Assembly: GCA_944375955.1 (NCBI GenBank)
Contig: CALWBE010000027.1
Span: forward strand, 28,227 to 92,226
DNA: 64,000 bases
From: an uncultured Clostridia bacterium
GTDB lineage: Bacteria; Bacillota; Clostridia; Oscillospirales; CAG-382
Direction: 5' to 3'
Shown here: piece by piece, positions 55,065 to 63,593 of the stretch
Layout of the letters: every line of letters begins with the position of its first letter
Numbering within the stretch: the first letter of the stretch is position 1
Made by a program: the position numbers and the translations under genes
The notes under the pieces: model-generated
The model's input: the letters and a program-made list of their open reading frames with translations, nothing else
What the model was told of the DNA's origin: nothing
Databases searched by the model: none

Positions 55065-56849
55065 TTATTTTTTAAGATTAGCTTCAAGCTTTGCAAGCTC
55101 TTCTCGGAGTTCTGCCGGTATTGTTGATCCGATTTTGTCGTAGAAAGCTTTAATACTGTCAAGATCTTCAAGCCAGTGCGCCTTGTCGACTGAAAGCAGC
55201 TCACGGATAGTATCAATAGAAATATCAAGGCCTTCAATATTGATATCCTCAGCGTTAGGAACATAACCTATAGCAGTTTCGACCGCGCCGACTTTGTTTG
55301 CGCAGCGAGCGAGAATCCATATAAGAACTCTGAGGTTGTCTCCAAATCCCGGCCAAATGAAATTGCCTTCGTCATCTGTCCTAAACCAGTTAACATGGAA
55401 AATTTTAGGAGGATTTGAGATTTTCTTGCCCATGCTGAGCCAATGAGTGAAATACTCGCCCATATCATATCCGCAGAAAGGCAGCATTGCCATAGGATCT
55501 CTTCTTACGACACCGACAGCACCGGCTGCTGCAGCAGTAGTTTCGGACGCCATGATAGATCCGACAAATGTACCGTGCTGCCAGTCTCTTGACTGATATA
55601 CGAGGGGAGCTGTCTTTGCACGTCTGCCGCCGAATACGATAGCGTCAAGCGGAACACCTTCGGGACTGTTGAATTCAGAAGAAATGCAGGGGCACTGAAT
55701 TGCGGGAGCCGTAAAGCGTGAGTTAGGATGAGCGCCGCATGTGCTCTTGTCGTGCTTGTCATATTTTGTATAGTCCCACTTTTCACCTTTCCAGTTGAGG
55801 GCGTTGTGAGGAGGATTGTTGTCAAGTCCTTCCCACCAAACTGTGTTGTCGTCAAGATTGTGTACGACATTTGTGAATATAGTATTTCTTCTTGTTGTTG
55901 CAAGTGCATTGGGGTTAGATTTTTCACTGGTTCCTGGAGCTACTCCGAAGAAACCGTTTTCAGGGTTGACAGCCCAAAGTCTGCCGTCTTTGCCTATACG
56001 GATCCAAGCTATATCATCGCCTACGCACCAGACCTTATAGCCTTTTTTGCGGTAAATTTCCGGAGGAATAAGCATTGCAAGATTTGTTTTTCCGCATGCG
56101 GACGGAAAAGCTGCTGCAATGTATTTGATTTCGCCGTCAGGAAATTCTACGCCTAAAATAAGCATATGTTCTGCAAGCCAGCCTTCTTTTCTTCCAAGGT
56201 ATGAAGCTATGCGGAGAGCAAAGCATTTTTTGCCCAGAAGAACATTTCCGCCGTAACCTGAGTTGATCGACCATATAGTGTTATCTTCAGGGAAATGACA
56301 GATAAAGCGATTTTCCTCGTCGAGGTCGGCTTTAGCGTGAAGACCTTTAATAAAGTCTGCGCTGTCTCCCAGACTGTCAATAACTTCTTTACCGGCACGT
56401 GTCATGATAAGCATATTGAGAACGACATAAATTGAGTCGGTAAGTTCTATTCCTATTTTTGAGAAAGACGAGCCTACAACACCCATAGAATAAGGAATAA
56501 CATACATAGTTCTTCCTTTCATTGAACCGCGGTAAAGCTTTGAAAGCTTCTCATAGCACTCGCTTGATTCCATCCAGTTATTTGTAGCGCCTACGTCTTC
56601 TTTTTTCTTTGTACAGATAAAAGTTCTGTTTTCAACACGGGCAACATCGTTTATTGCTGTTCTGTGAAGATAGCAGCCGGGAAGCTTTTCCTGATTAAGT
56701 CTGATCATCTCACCTGTGGATACGGCTTCTTCTCTGAGAGCGTCTGCCTGTTTTTCGCTTCCGTCGATCCAGACAATTTTATCGGGACATGTGAGAGCTG
56801 CCATTTCATCAATCCATGTAAGAACATGTTTGTTTGTGGTCATATTCAT
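55065..56849 (-). CDS. pckG: Phosphoenolpyruvate carboxykinase (GTP)
   Basis: 594 aa. The kinase-1a loop FPSACGKTNLAML and full-length similarity to GTP-dependent PEPCK. Confidence 0.93.
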   Translation of the reverse strand: MNMTTNKHVLTWIDEMAALTCPDKIVWIDGSEKQADALREEAVSTGEMIRLNQEKLPGCYLHRTAINDVARVENRTFICTKKKEDVGATNNWMESSECYEKLSKLYRGSMKGRTMYVIPYSMGVVGSSFSKIGIELTDSIYVVLNMLIMTRAGKEVIDSLGDSADFIKGLHAKADLDEENRFICHFPEDNTIWSINSGYGGNVLLGKKCFALRIASYLGRKEGWLAEHMLILGVEFPDGEIKYIAAAFPSACGKTNLAMLIPPEIYRKKGYKVWCVGDDIAWIRIGKDGRLWAVNPENGFFGVAPGTSEKSNPNALATTRRNTIFTNVVHNLDDNTVWWEGLDNNPPHNALNWKGEKWDYTKYDKHDKSTCGAHPNSRFTAPAIQCPCISSEFNSPEGVPLDAIVFGGRRAKTAPLVYQSRDWQHGTFVGSIMASETTAAAAGAVGVVRRDPMAMLPFCGYDMGEYFTHWLSMGKKISNPPKIFHVNWFRTDDEGNFIWPGFGDNLRVLIWILARCANKVGAVETAIGYVPNAEDINIEGLDISIDTIRELLSVDKAHWLEDLDSIKAFYDKIGSTIPAELREELAKLEANLKK

Positions 56850-57103
56850 ATTTATTTCCTCCTGTAAAGAATAATATATTATTTTAAATATTACAATTTA
56901 GAGCTTGATTTTTTTAAAAATATTTAAGCCCAAAATCTTAAGCCATTATAATTATAAACCATAAAAGCTTTTTTTTCAAGTGATTTTCATAATTTTACCT
57001 TTTTAGTGCTATAAATGATACACATTGTTAATAATTTGGCGAACTTATTAAAAATAAATATTTTAAAAAATATATTTAATGTTGTTTTTTTAAAAAAAAC
57101 GTG

Positions 57104-57150
57104 TTATAATAACCTCATATCGCGCAAAAGCGCGCGCCGTGCTGGCGCAC
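57104..57150 (+). repeat. Direct repeat copy 1 (31 nt identical, similarity to about 47 nt), including a TGTTATAAT extended -10-like box
   Basis: TTATAATAACCTCATATCGCGCAAAAGCGCG at 57104-57134 is identical to 57218-57248. The following 16 nt match at 11 of 16 positions. Confidence 0.9.
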
Positions 57151-57217
57151 ATCGGTCAAAACAAGAAGTTTTGACATATGAGAACATTGAAATTTGATTT
57201 CCGAAGATGAAATCAAA

Positions 57218-57264
57218 TTATAATAACCTCATATCGCGCAAAAGCGCGTACTGTGCCGGAGCAC
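57218..57264 (+). repeat. Direct repeat copy 2
   Basis: Identical 31-mer 114 nt downstream of copy 1. It lies about 90 nt upstream of the TIGR03905-family gene. Confidence 0.9.
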
Positions 57265-57350
57265 CTTTGTTTTGAGTACCGAGCCGGAAAATTTTAAAAT
57301 TTGGTGTTTAAGTGCAAGATAAATACAGCATGATACGGGAGGGGACCTAA

Positions 57351-57605
57351 ATGCCTGAAATAGTATACAAAACAAGCGGAACCTGTTCACGAGCCATAAA
57401 AGTGAGCGTTGAGGACGGAAGAATCAAAAGCGTGGAATTTGAAGGAGGGTGTGCCGGAAACACAGCCGGAATATCCAAGCTTGTGCAGGGCATGCTGGTA
57501 AAAGAGGCAATAGATCGGCTGTCCGGAATAAGATGCGGCTTTAAGTCGACATCATGTCCCGATCAGCTTGCCAAAGCGTTGCGTGAAGTGTCAGGCGAAA
57601 AATAA
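57351..57605 (+). CDS. TIGR03905-family TSCPD-domain small Cys protein
   Basis: 84 aa. YKTSGTCSRAIKVSVEDGRIKSVEFEGGCAGNTAGISKLVQGM...CGFKSTSCPDQLAKAL. GGGAGGGG RBS. Confidence 0.8.
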   Translation: MPEIVYKTSGTCSRAIKVSVEDGRIKSVEFEGGCAGNTAGISKLVQGMLVKEAIDRLSGIRCGFKSTSCPDQLAKALREVSGEK

Positions 57606-57648
57606 AATAATAATATGTGATATATAATTAGGAAGGAAAATTCAAAAA

Positions 57649-59112
57649 ATGTCAAATACAAGCGGTGACAAAAAGTTAGTTGAAAAAATAACGTCAAGGG
57701 ATACGGATTTTGCTCAATGGTATACAGATATAGTAAAAAACGCAGATCTTGCGGATTATTCAAGCGTTAAGGGCTGTATGATTATTCGTCCGTACGGCTA
57801 CGCCATATGGGAGAACATACAGAAAATAATGGACGCACGTTTTAAGGAAACGGGACATGAAAATGTATATATGCCCATGTTCATACCGGAGGGACTTCTC
57901 AATAAGGAGAAGGAGCATGTAGAAGGATTCGCTCCTGAAGTTGCATGGGTTACTCACGGCGGCAGCGAGGAGCTCACAGAGCGCCTTTGTGTGCGTCCGA
58001 CTTCAGAAACTCTTTTTTGCGAGCATTATGCAAAGATAATAAACTCATACAGAGATCTTCCTAAATTATATAATCAGTGGTGCAGCGTTGTAAGATGGGA
58101 AAAAACTACAAGACCTTTTCTCCGCACGCGTGAATTTTTGTGGCAGGAAGGTCACACGATGCATGCGACAGCTGAAGAAGCGGTAGAAGAAACATTGAGA
58201 ATGCTTGATGTCTATGCGGATTTTTGTGAAAAAGATCTTGCAATGCCGGTAATAAAAGGACCGAAAACTCCGTCTGACAAATTTGCAGGCGCTGTGGACA
58301 CATATGCGATTGAGGCGCTCATGCATGACGGAAAGGCGCTTCAGGCGGGAACATCGCATTATTTCGGAGACGGATTTGCGAGAGCGTTTGGAATTACATA
58401 TAAGTCGAAAGACAATAAAGACGAATATCCTCATCAAACGTCATGGGGAACCACGACGCGTTTGATAGGCGCTATAATAATGACGCACGGGGATGACAAC
58501 GGTTTAGTTCTGCCTCCGGCGGTCGCTCCGATACAGGTTGTGATAGTTCCGGTAGCGCAGCATAAGCCGGGAGTGCTTGAAAAGGCACATGAGCTTTACG
58601 ATAAGCTGGCGGCAAACGGAATACGCACAAAACTTGACGACAGCGATAACAGTCCCGGATGGAAGTTTGCCGAATATGAGATGAAGGGCGTTCCGGTTCG
58701 TATAGAAATCGGCCCTAAGGATATAGAGAACGGACAGTGTGTTGCCGTAACAAGACACAACCGCGAGAAGACGTTTATTGCGCTGGATGATATGCTTGAG
58801 GGCTTTAAGACTGCGGTGCAGGAAAAGCTTGAGGAAGTAAGAAGCGCGATATATGAAATAGCTCTTGAAAACCGCAGAAAACATACATATAATTGTACTA
58901 CTATCGATGAAATAAACAGCGCTTTAAAAGAGAAAGGCGACGGATTTGTACGCGCTATGTGGTGCGGCAGCGAAGAGTGCGAGGACAAGGTGAAAGAATT
59001 GACCGGAGTCGGAACACGCTGCATACCGTTTGAACAGGAAAAACTGTCAGACAAGTGCGTTTGCTGCGGCAGACCTGCAAAAAAACTTGTTTATTGGGGA
59101 AAAGCGTATTGA
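57649..59112 (+). CDS. proS: Proline--tRNA ligase (archaeal/eukaryote-like type with C-terminal Zn domain)
   Basis: 487 aa. [35 protein letters not shown], the class II motifs, and the C-terminal ...[16 protein letters not shown]. Confidence 0.93.
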   Translation: MSNTSGDKKLVEKITSRDTDFAQWYTDIVKNADLADYSSVKGCMIIRPYGYAIWENIQKIMDARFKETGHENVYMPMFIPEGLLNKEKEHVEGFAPEVAWVTHGGSEELTERLCVRPTSETLFCEHYAKIINSYRDLPKLYNQWCSVVRWEKTTRPFLRTREFLWQEGHTMHATAEEAVEETLRMLDVYADFCEKDLAMPVIKGPKTPSDKFAGAVDTYAIEALMHDGKALQAGTSHYFGDGFARAFGITYKSKDNKDEYPHQTSWGTTTRLIGAIIMTHGDDNGLVLPPAVAPIQVVIVPVAQHKPGVLEKAHELYDKLAANGIRTKLDDSDNSPGWKFAEYEMKGVPVRIEIGPKDIENGQCVAVTRHNREKTFIALDDMLEGFKTAVQEKLEEVRSAIYEIALENRRKHTYNCTTIDEINSALKEKGDGFVRAMWCGSEECEDKVKELTGVGTRCIPFEQEKLSDKCVCCGRPAKKLVYWGKAY

Positions 59113-59224
59113 TTTTATTTTACTTAATATTTGCATATAAATTAGTAAAAGGTAAAAAATAAAACAAAATTGAAAATATAAGTAAAATAAATAGGAAAAC
59201 GCATACAAGTTCACAAAATATTTA

Positions 59225-59261
59225 CAAAAGGATTTGCATAAACCTATTGCAAATCCTTTTG
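59225..59261 (+). terminator. proS terminator (14-bp perfect inverted repeat)
   Basis: CAAAAGGATTTGCA (59225-59238) / TGCAAATCCTTTTG (59248-59261). This is an A-tract, stem and U-tract architecture. Confidence 0.7.
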
Positions 59262-59275
59262 TGTTATGGTAAAAT
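59247..59275 (+). promoter_or_regulatory. Candidate sigma-A promoter of the S10 operon leader
   Basis: TTGCAA (59247-59252), 17-nt spacer, TAAAAT (59270-59275). The -35 box lies in the 3' arm of the proS terminator. Confidence 0.5.
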
Positions 59276-59281
59276 AATCAA

Positions 59282-59755
59282 GCTTGATGTGCGATGAAGC
59301 GGGAGGTTGCGTCCACAAGGACGGTAATTTCCGTGGAGTATGTCCGATAACCGGGCGACAGCAATACTGGTCACAGATGTCTGCACTTTGGCGCCGGAGT
59401 TCTACAAGCGGAACTCAAATGAAGCGCAAAAGTTTCAATGTCAGGCATGCGGCTGGATGCTTTCTTTGTTAATATCGTGCTGGAACGGCGGCTGCTTGCG
59501 GCTGTACGCCGGTGGATATGCCTGCTGATCTGTTTTCGTATTAACGGTGAAGAAAGGTTAAAAAAAGATTGTAACAGCACCCGGATATATCCAATGCGTT
59601 TGTTTGTTAAGATGCGTGGAAATGATCCGGTTTTATTTTGGGTAAAATACGAAACACCCGGATGAGTGTTCAGAAATTACTGTGCCGCATTTAAAAGCTT
59701 CCCTCAATAAATATAAGAGACGGGGGATCAAAACTTTTTAAAAGGAGGCAAAACA
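59282..59755 (+). ncRNA. Long structured 5' leader of rpsJ / candidate cis-regulatory RNA (unassigned)
   Basis: About 470 nt lie between the candidate promoter and rpsJ with no credible ORF. The 59284-59560 segment is much more GC-rich than its flanks and holds several hand-foldable helices (59386-59432 and 59442-59524). Confidence 0.4.
59581..59639 (+). terminator. Terminator-like hairpin inside the rpsJ leader (candidate attenuator)
   Basis: CCGGAT (59581-59586) / ATCCGG (59625-59630), plus an inner TCCA/TGGA helix, followed by TTTTATTTT (59631-59639). A second CACCCGGAT copy at 59655-59663 could compete for ATCCGG. Confidence 0.45.
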
Positions 59756-60067
59756 ATGGCAGCAAAGGAAAAAATCAGAATCAGACTTAAGTCTTACGAC
59801 CACACTCTTATCGATCAGGCATCTGAAAAGATAGTAGATACTGCAAAGAGAAACGGCGCTAAGGTTTCCGGTCCTATACCGCTACCGACAGATAAGGAGA
59901 TCGTAACGATCCTTCGTGCGGTACACAAGTATAAGGATGCGAGAGAACAGTTTGAATTCCGTACACACAAAAGACTTATTGATATCTTGAATCCTTCGCA
60001 GAAGGCTATCGAAGCTCTTATGAGTCTCGAACTTCCTGCAGGCGTTGAGATTGAAATAAAATTATAA
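59756..60067 (+). CDS. rpsJ: 30S ribosomal protein S10
   Basis: 103 aa. [50 protein letters not shown]. Confidence 0.96.
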   Translation: MAAKEKIRIRLKSYDHTLIDQASEKIVDTAKRNGAKVSGPIPLPTDKEIVTILRAVHKYKDAREQFEFRTHKRLIDILNPSQKAIEALMSLELPAGVEIEIKL

Positions 60068-60175
60068 GCTGCGGTTATTACCGCCGCAGTGATGCCTTTA
60101 GCATCGAAGGTCAAGTTGACCGTTGCCGGATAGGCAAATTTAAGCGGCCAACCAATAACCTAAGGAGGAAGAAAT

Positions 60176-60805
60176 ATGAAAAAAGGTATTATCGGTAAAA
60201 AACTCGGTATGACACAGATATTTGATGAAGCCGGCAACGTTATACCAGTTACAGTAGTAGAAGCCGGACCGTGTGTTGTTGTTCAGAAGAAGACAAAAGA
60301 AAACGACGGTTACGAGGCTGTACAGCTTGGATTTTCGGATATTGCCGAAAGAAAAGTTACAAAGCCGGCAAAGGGTCATTTTACAAAAGTAAGTGTACCT
60401 TTCAAGAAGCATCTCAAAGAGTTCAGACTTGACGACTGCGCATCTGTTAATGTGGGCGATGAGATCAAGGCTGATGTGTTTGAGGCAGGCGAAAAGGTGG
60501 ATGTGACAGGTATTACAAAAGGTCACGGATATACCGGAGCTATTAAGCGCTGGAATCATCACCGCCTCAGAATGACTCACGGAACCGGTCCCGTACACCG
60601 TCAGGTTGGTTCAATGGGAGCTAACTCAACGCCGTCAAGAGTTTTCAAGAACAAGAAGATGGCAGGACAGTACGGTAACGAACAGGTTACAACACTGAAC
60701 CTCAGCGTTGTGAAGATCGACGCGGAAAAGAATCTTATCGCTATAAAGGGCGCTGTACCGGGCGTCAGAGGCGGTATCGTATTTATCCGCTCGGCAGTTA
60801 AATAA
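60176..60805 (+). CDS. rplC: 50S ribosomal protein L3
   Basis: 209 aa. [33 protein letters not shown]. Confidence 0.96.
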   Translation: MKKGIIGKKLGMTQIFDEAGNVIPVTVVEAGPCVVVQKKTKENDGYEAVQLGFSDIAERKVTKPAKGHFTKVSVPFKKHLKEFRLDDCASVNVGDEIKADVFEAGEKVDVTGITKGHGYTGAIKRWNHHRLRMTHGTGPVHRQVGSMGANSTPSRVFKNKKMAGQYGNEQVTTLNLSVVKIDAEKNLIAIKGAVPGVRGGIVFIRSAVK

Positions 60806-60825
60806 ACCGAGGAGGAGGAAAAATA

Positions 60826-61452
60826 ATGCCAAATGTTGCAATATATGATATGGCAGGTAAGGAAAAAGGCAGCATAGAGCTTTCATCCGAAATTTTCGGA
60901 GCAGAAGTTAACGAAGCAGTTCTTCATTCCGTTATCCGCGCTTATCTTTTAAATCAGAGACAGGGTACACAGAGCACACTTACTCGTGCTGAAGTATCCG
61001 GCGGCGGCATAAAGCCTTGGAAACAGAAAGGAACAGGCCGCGCAAGACAGGGATCGACACGTTCTCCTCAGTGGACACACGGCGGAGTGGCACTCGGACC
61101 GAAGCCGCGCTCATGGAGAGTGTCAATCAATAAGAAGGTAAAGAGAATAGCTTTAAAGTCAGCTCTTTCATCAAAGGTAAACGACAATGAGCTTATCGTT
61201 GTCGATAAGATTGCTACTGATGAGTACAAGACAAAAGCGATTGTAAATATGCTTGCCGCATTGGGAGCAGACAGAAAAGCTTTAATCGTTATTCCCGAAG
61301 TTGACAAAAAAGTAATCAAGTCAGCATCCAATATTCCCGGCGTAAAGACAGCAATTCCGGGTACGATCAATGCATATGACATATTAAAGTATGACAAGCT
61401 GATCGTAGATGAAGCTGCAATAAAGGTAATTGAGGAGGTTTATTCAAAATGA
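60826..61452 (+). CDS. rplD: 50S ribosomal protein L4
   Basis: 208 aa. ...RQGTQSTLTRAEVSGGGIKPWKQKGTGRARQGS. Confidence 0.96.
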   Translation: MPNVAIYDMAGKEKGSIELSSEIFGAEVNEAVLHSVIRAYLLNQRQGTQSTLTRAEVSGGGIKPWKQKGTGRARQGSTRSPQWTHGGVALGPKPRSWRVSINKKVKRIALKSALSSKVNDNELIVVDKIATDEYKTKAIVNMLAALGADRKALIVIPEVDKKVIKSASNIPGVKTAIPGTINAYDILKYDKLIVDEAAIKVIEEVYSK

Positions 61453-61742
61453 GAACAGCGCATGATATAATAATCCGTCCGATAATTACAGAAGACAGTA
61501 TGCAGAGACTTTCCGGCAAGGCATATACATTTGAAGTTGCAGCCGGCTCAAATAAAATTGAGATAAAAAAAGCAGTCGAGGAGCTCTTCGGAGTAAAGGT
61601 TGCCAAGGTAAACACTATCAGCATGAAGAGCAAGAGCAAGAGAGTGGGTTATCATATCGGAGAAACTTCCGAGTGGAAGAAAGCAATCGTAACGCTCAAA
61701 GAAGATTCAAAGACCATCGAATTTTTTGACAGCATGATGTAA
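61449..61742 (+). CDS. rplW: 50S ribosomal protein L23
   Basis: 97 aa. DIIIRPIITEDSM...YTFEVAAGSNKIEIKKAVEELFGVKV. ATGA overlap with rplD. Confidence 0.95.
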   Translation: MRTAHDIIIRPIITEDSMQRLSGKAYTFEVAAGSNKIEIKKAVEELFGVKVAKVNTISMKSKSKRVGYHIGETSEWKKAIVTLKEDSKTIEFFDSMM

Positions 61743-61936
61743 AAGCCAGCGCTTGACTTACATTATCATTAGAATAAGGCAATCCCGCAAATGCTTATAG
61801 AAGTGTTAATGTGGGAAACGCCGTATTAAAAAATAGTAAGAAGCGTACGCCGCGGCAGCGGTGCGTGCAGACGGACGATGACCCGTCGGAAATGCACGAA
61901 GGCTTCGGTTGTCATCGAGAAATGGAGTAACTAATA
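61743..61936 (+). promoter_or_regulatory. Unusually long structured spacer between rplW and rplB (function unknown)
   Basis: 194 nt. The GC-rich block 61843-61917 contains hairpins at 61848-61863 and 61865-61897, and an alternative helix CGATGAC (61876-61882) / GTCATCG (61911-61917). Confidence 0.4.
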
Positions 61937-62770
61937 ATGGCAGTTAAAACTTTTAAGCCTACTACTCCGGCAAGAAGACAGATGGCCGTACCGGGCTTTG
62001 AGGAAATCACCAAAAAGACTCCCGAAAAAAGCCTTATTACGGTAAAGAAAAAGCATGCCGGTCGTAATAATACAGGTAAAATAACAGTTCGCCATCACGG
62101 CGGCGGGAACAGAATCAAGTACAGAATAATAGATTTCAAAAAGAATATACTTGATGTTCCGGCAAAGGTAATCGGAATTGAATACGATCCTAACAGAACC
62201 GCATATATCGCGCTTCTCGAGTATGAAAACGGCGTAAAGACATACAGTATAGCGCCTGTCGGACTCAAGGTTGGCGATACGGTACTCAACGGTAAGAACG
62301 CTGATATCAAGCCCGGAAATGTGCTTGCTATTGCAGATATCCCTGTTGGTACACTTATTCACAATATCGAGCTTTATCCCGGCAAGGGCGGTCAGCTCGT
62401 GCGCAGCGCAGGAGCGGCTGCACAGCTTATGGCGAAAGAAAACGGTTTGGCACAGGTAAGACTTCCTTCAGGTGAAGTGAGAATAGTTAGACTTGAGTGC
62501 AAAGCGACCATAGGTCAGGTAGGAAATCTTGAACATGAGAATATCAATATAGGTAAAGCAGGAAAGAAACGTCATATGGGCATACGTCCTACAGTGCGCG
62601 GATCAGTAATGAATCCTTGCGACCACCCGCACGGAGGCGGTGAAGGAAGAGCACCTGTCGGAAGACCCAGTCCTGTAACGCCGTGGGGCAAGCCTGCAAT
62701 GGGATATAAGACCCGCAATAAGAAGGCACGCACCAATAAATTTATTGTAAAGCGCAGAAACGATAAGTAA
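61937..62770 (+). CDS. rplB: 50S ribosomal protein L2
   Basis: 277 aa. ...[16 protein letters not shown]..., ...[16 protein letters not shown]. Confidence 0.96.
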   Translation: MAVKTFKPTTPARRQMAVPGFEEITKKTPEKSLITVKKKHAGRNNTGKITVRHHGGGNRIKYRIIDFKKNILDVPAKVIGIEYDPNRTAYIALLEYENGVKTYSIAPVGLKVGDTVLNGKNADIKPGNVLAIADIPVGTLIHNIELYPGKGGQLVRSAGAAAQLMAKENGLAQVRLPSGEVRIVRLECKATIGQVGNLEHENINIGKAGKKRHMGIRPTVRGSVMNPCDHPHGGGEGRAPVGRPSPVTPWGKPAMGYKTRNKKARTNKFIVKRRNDK

Positions 62771-62815
62771 TTTTGCGCCGACAACTTTAAGATTTTCAGT
62801 AAGGAGGCAAAATAG

Positions 62816-63091
62816 ATGAGCAGAAGCGTAAAAAAAGGACCGTTTGTTGAAGCTAAGCTTTTTGCGAGAATAGAAGCTATGAATGCTTCAGGCGAAAAAA
62901 GAGTGCTTAAGACGTGGTCAAGGGCTTCCACAATTTTTCCGCAGTTTGTAGGACACACTATCGCGGTGCACGACGGAAGAAAGCATGTGCCGGTATATGT
63001 AACCGAAGATATGGTTGGACACAAGTTGGGCGAATTTGCTCCCACAAGAACTTTCAAAGGTCATTCGGGTTCAAAGACATCGAACAGCTAA
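62816..63091 (+). CDS. rpsS: 30S ribosomal protein S19
   Basis: 91 aa. [11 protein letters not shown]...[30 protein letters not shown]. Confidence 0.96.
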   Translation: MSRSVKKGPFVEAKLFARIEAMNASGEKRVLKTWSRASTIFPQFVGHTIAVHDGRKHVPVYVTEDMVGHKLGEFAPTRTFKGHSGSKTSNS

Positions 63092-63166
63092 TATTATAAA
63101 CAATGCCCGCATAAAGGCGTCTGCTAATTAAGGCAGGACCAGATTTGCGAAAGGAGGAATTTCAAG

Positions 63167-63502
63167 ATGGAAGCAAAAGCTTATTTAAAGGATTTAAGAA
63201 TTTCACCTCGAAAAGTTAAAATAGTTCTTGATTTAATCAGAGGAAAGGATACTACAACAGCGATTGCCATTCTTAAGAATACACCAAAGGCTGCATCGCT
63301 GCCTGTTTTAAAACTTCTGCAGTCAGCAGTAGCAAACGCAGAAAACAATAACCATCTCGACACAACAAACTTATATGTGTCGCAGTGTTTTGTAACACCC
63401 GGAAGAACCGCAAAGAGAATAATGCCCCGTGCTCAGGGCAGAGCATTCAGGATATTGAAGAGAAGCTCGCACGTAACTTTGTCGGTAGCCGAAAAAGAAT
63501 AA
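63167..63502 (+). CDS. rplV: 50S ribosomal protein L22
   Basis: 111 aa. [23 protein letters not shown]...[21 protein letters not shown]. Confidence 0.95.
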   Translation: MEAKAYLKDLRISPRKVKIVLDLIRGKDTTTAIAILKNTPKAASLPVLKLLQSAVANAENNNHLDTTNLYVSQCFVTPGRTAKRIMPRAQGRAFRILKRSSHVTLSVAEKE

Positions 63503-63593
63503 TACACGGATACATCCGTAAGCAAAAAATAATATGTATGTGAATAGGAATTCACATCGCATAAAGCTCTAAGAAGGAGGCAGTTAACGGAGT

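Noticed and set aside
55268-56398. Multiple 60-140-aa ORFs within the PEPCK region on both strands
   Set aside because: All are nested in or antisense to the 594-aa pckG gene, whose identity is unambiguous.
56900-57350. Expected T-box riboswitch upstream of proS
   Set aside because: I searched by eye for the conserved T-box sequence (..GGUGGUACCGCG..) and a specifier-loop architecture. The closest match is GAGUACCGAG at about 57274-57283, which lacks the UGG needed to pair with the tRNA 3' end. I therefore do not call a T-box.
59284-59665. Several 60-75-aa ORFs on both strands in the proS-rpsJ spacer
   Set aside because: They lack a Shine-Dalgarno, overlap each other in different frames, and are Arg/Cys-rich in a way typical of translated GC-rich structured RNA. 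I treat the region as non-coding.
61753-61775. Possible internal promoter TTGACT ... TAGAAT in the rplW-rplB spacer
   Set aside because: The spacing between the hexamers is only about 11 nt, too short for a sigma-A promoter. I mention it only as a weak possibility inside the spacer finding.
62572-63057. 161-aa minus-strand ORF
   Set aside because: It is antisense to rplB and rpsS, so it is an artefact of conserved ribosomal protein genes.
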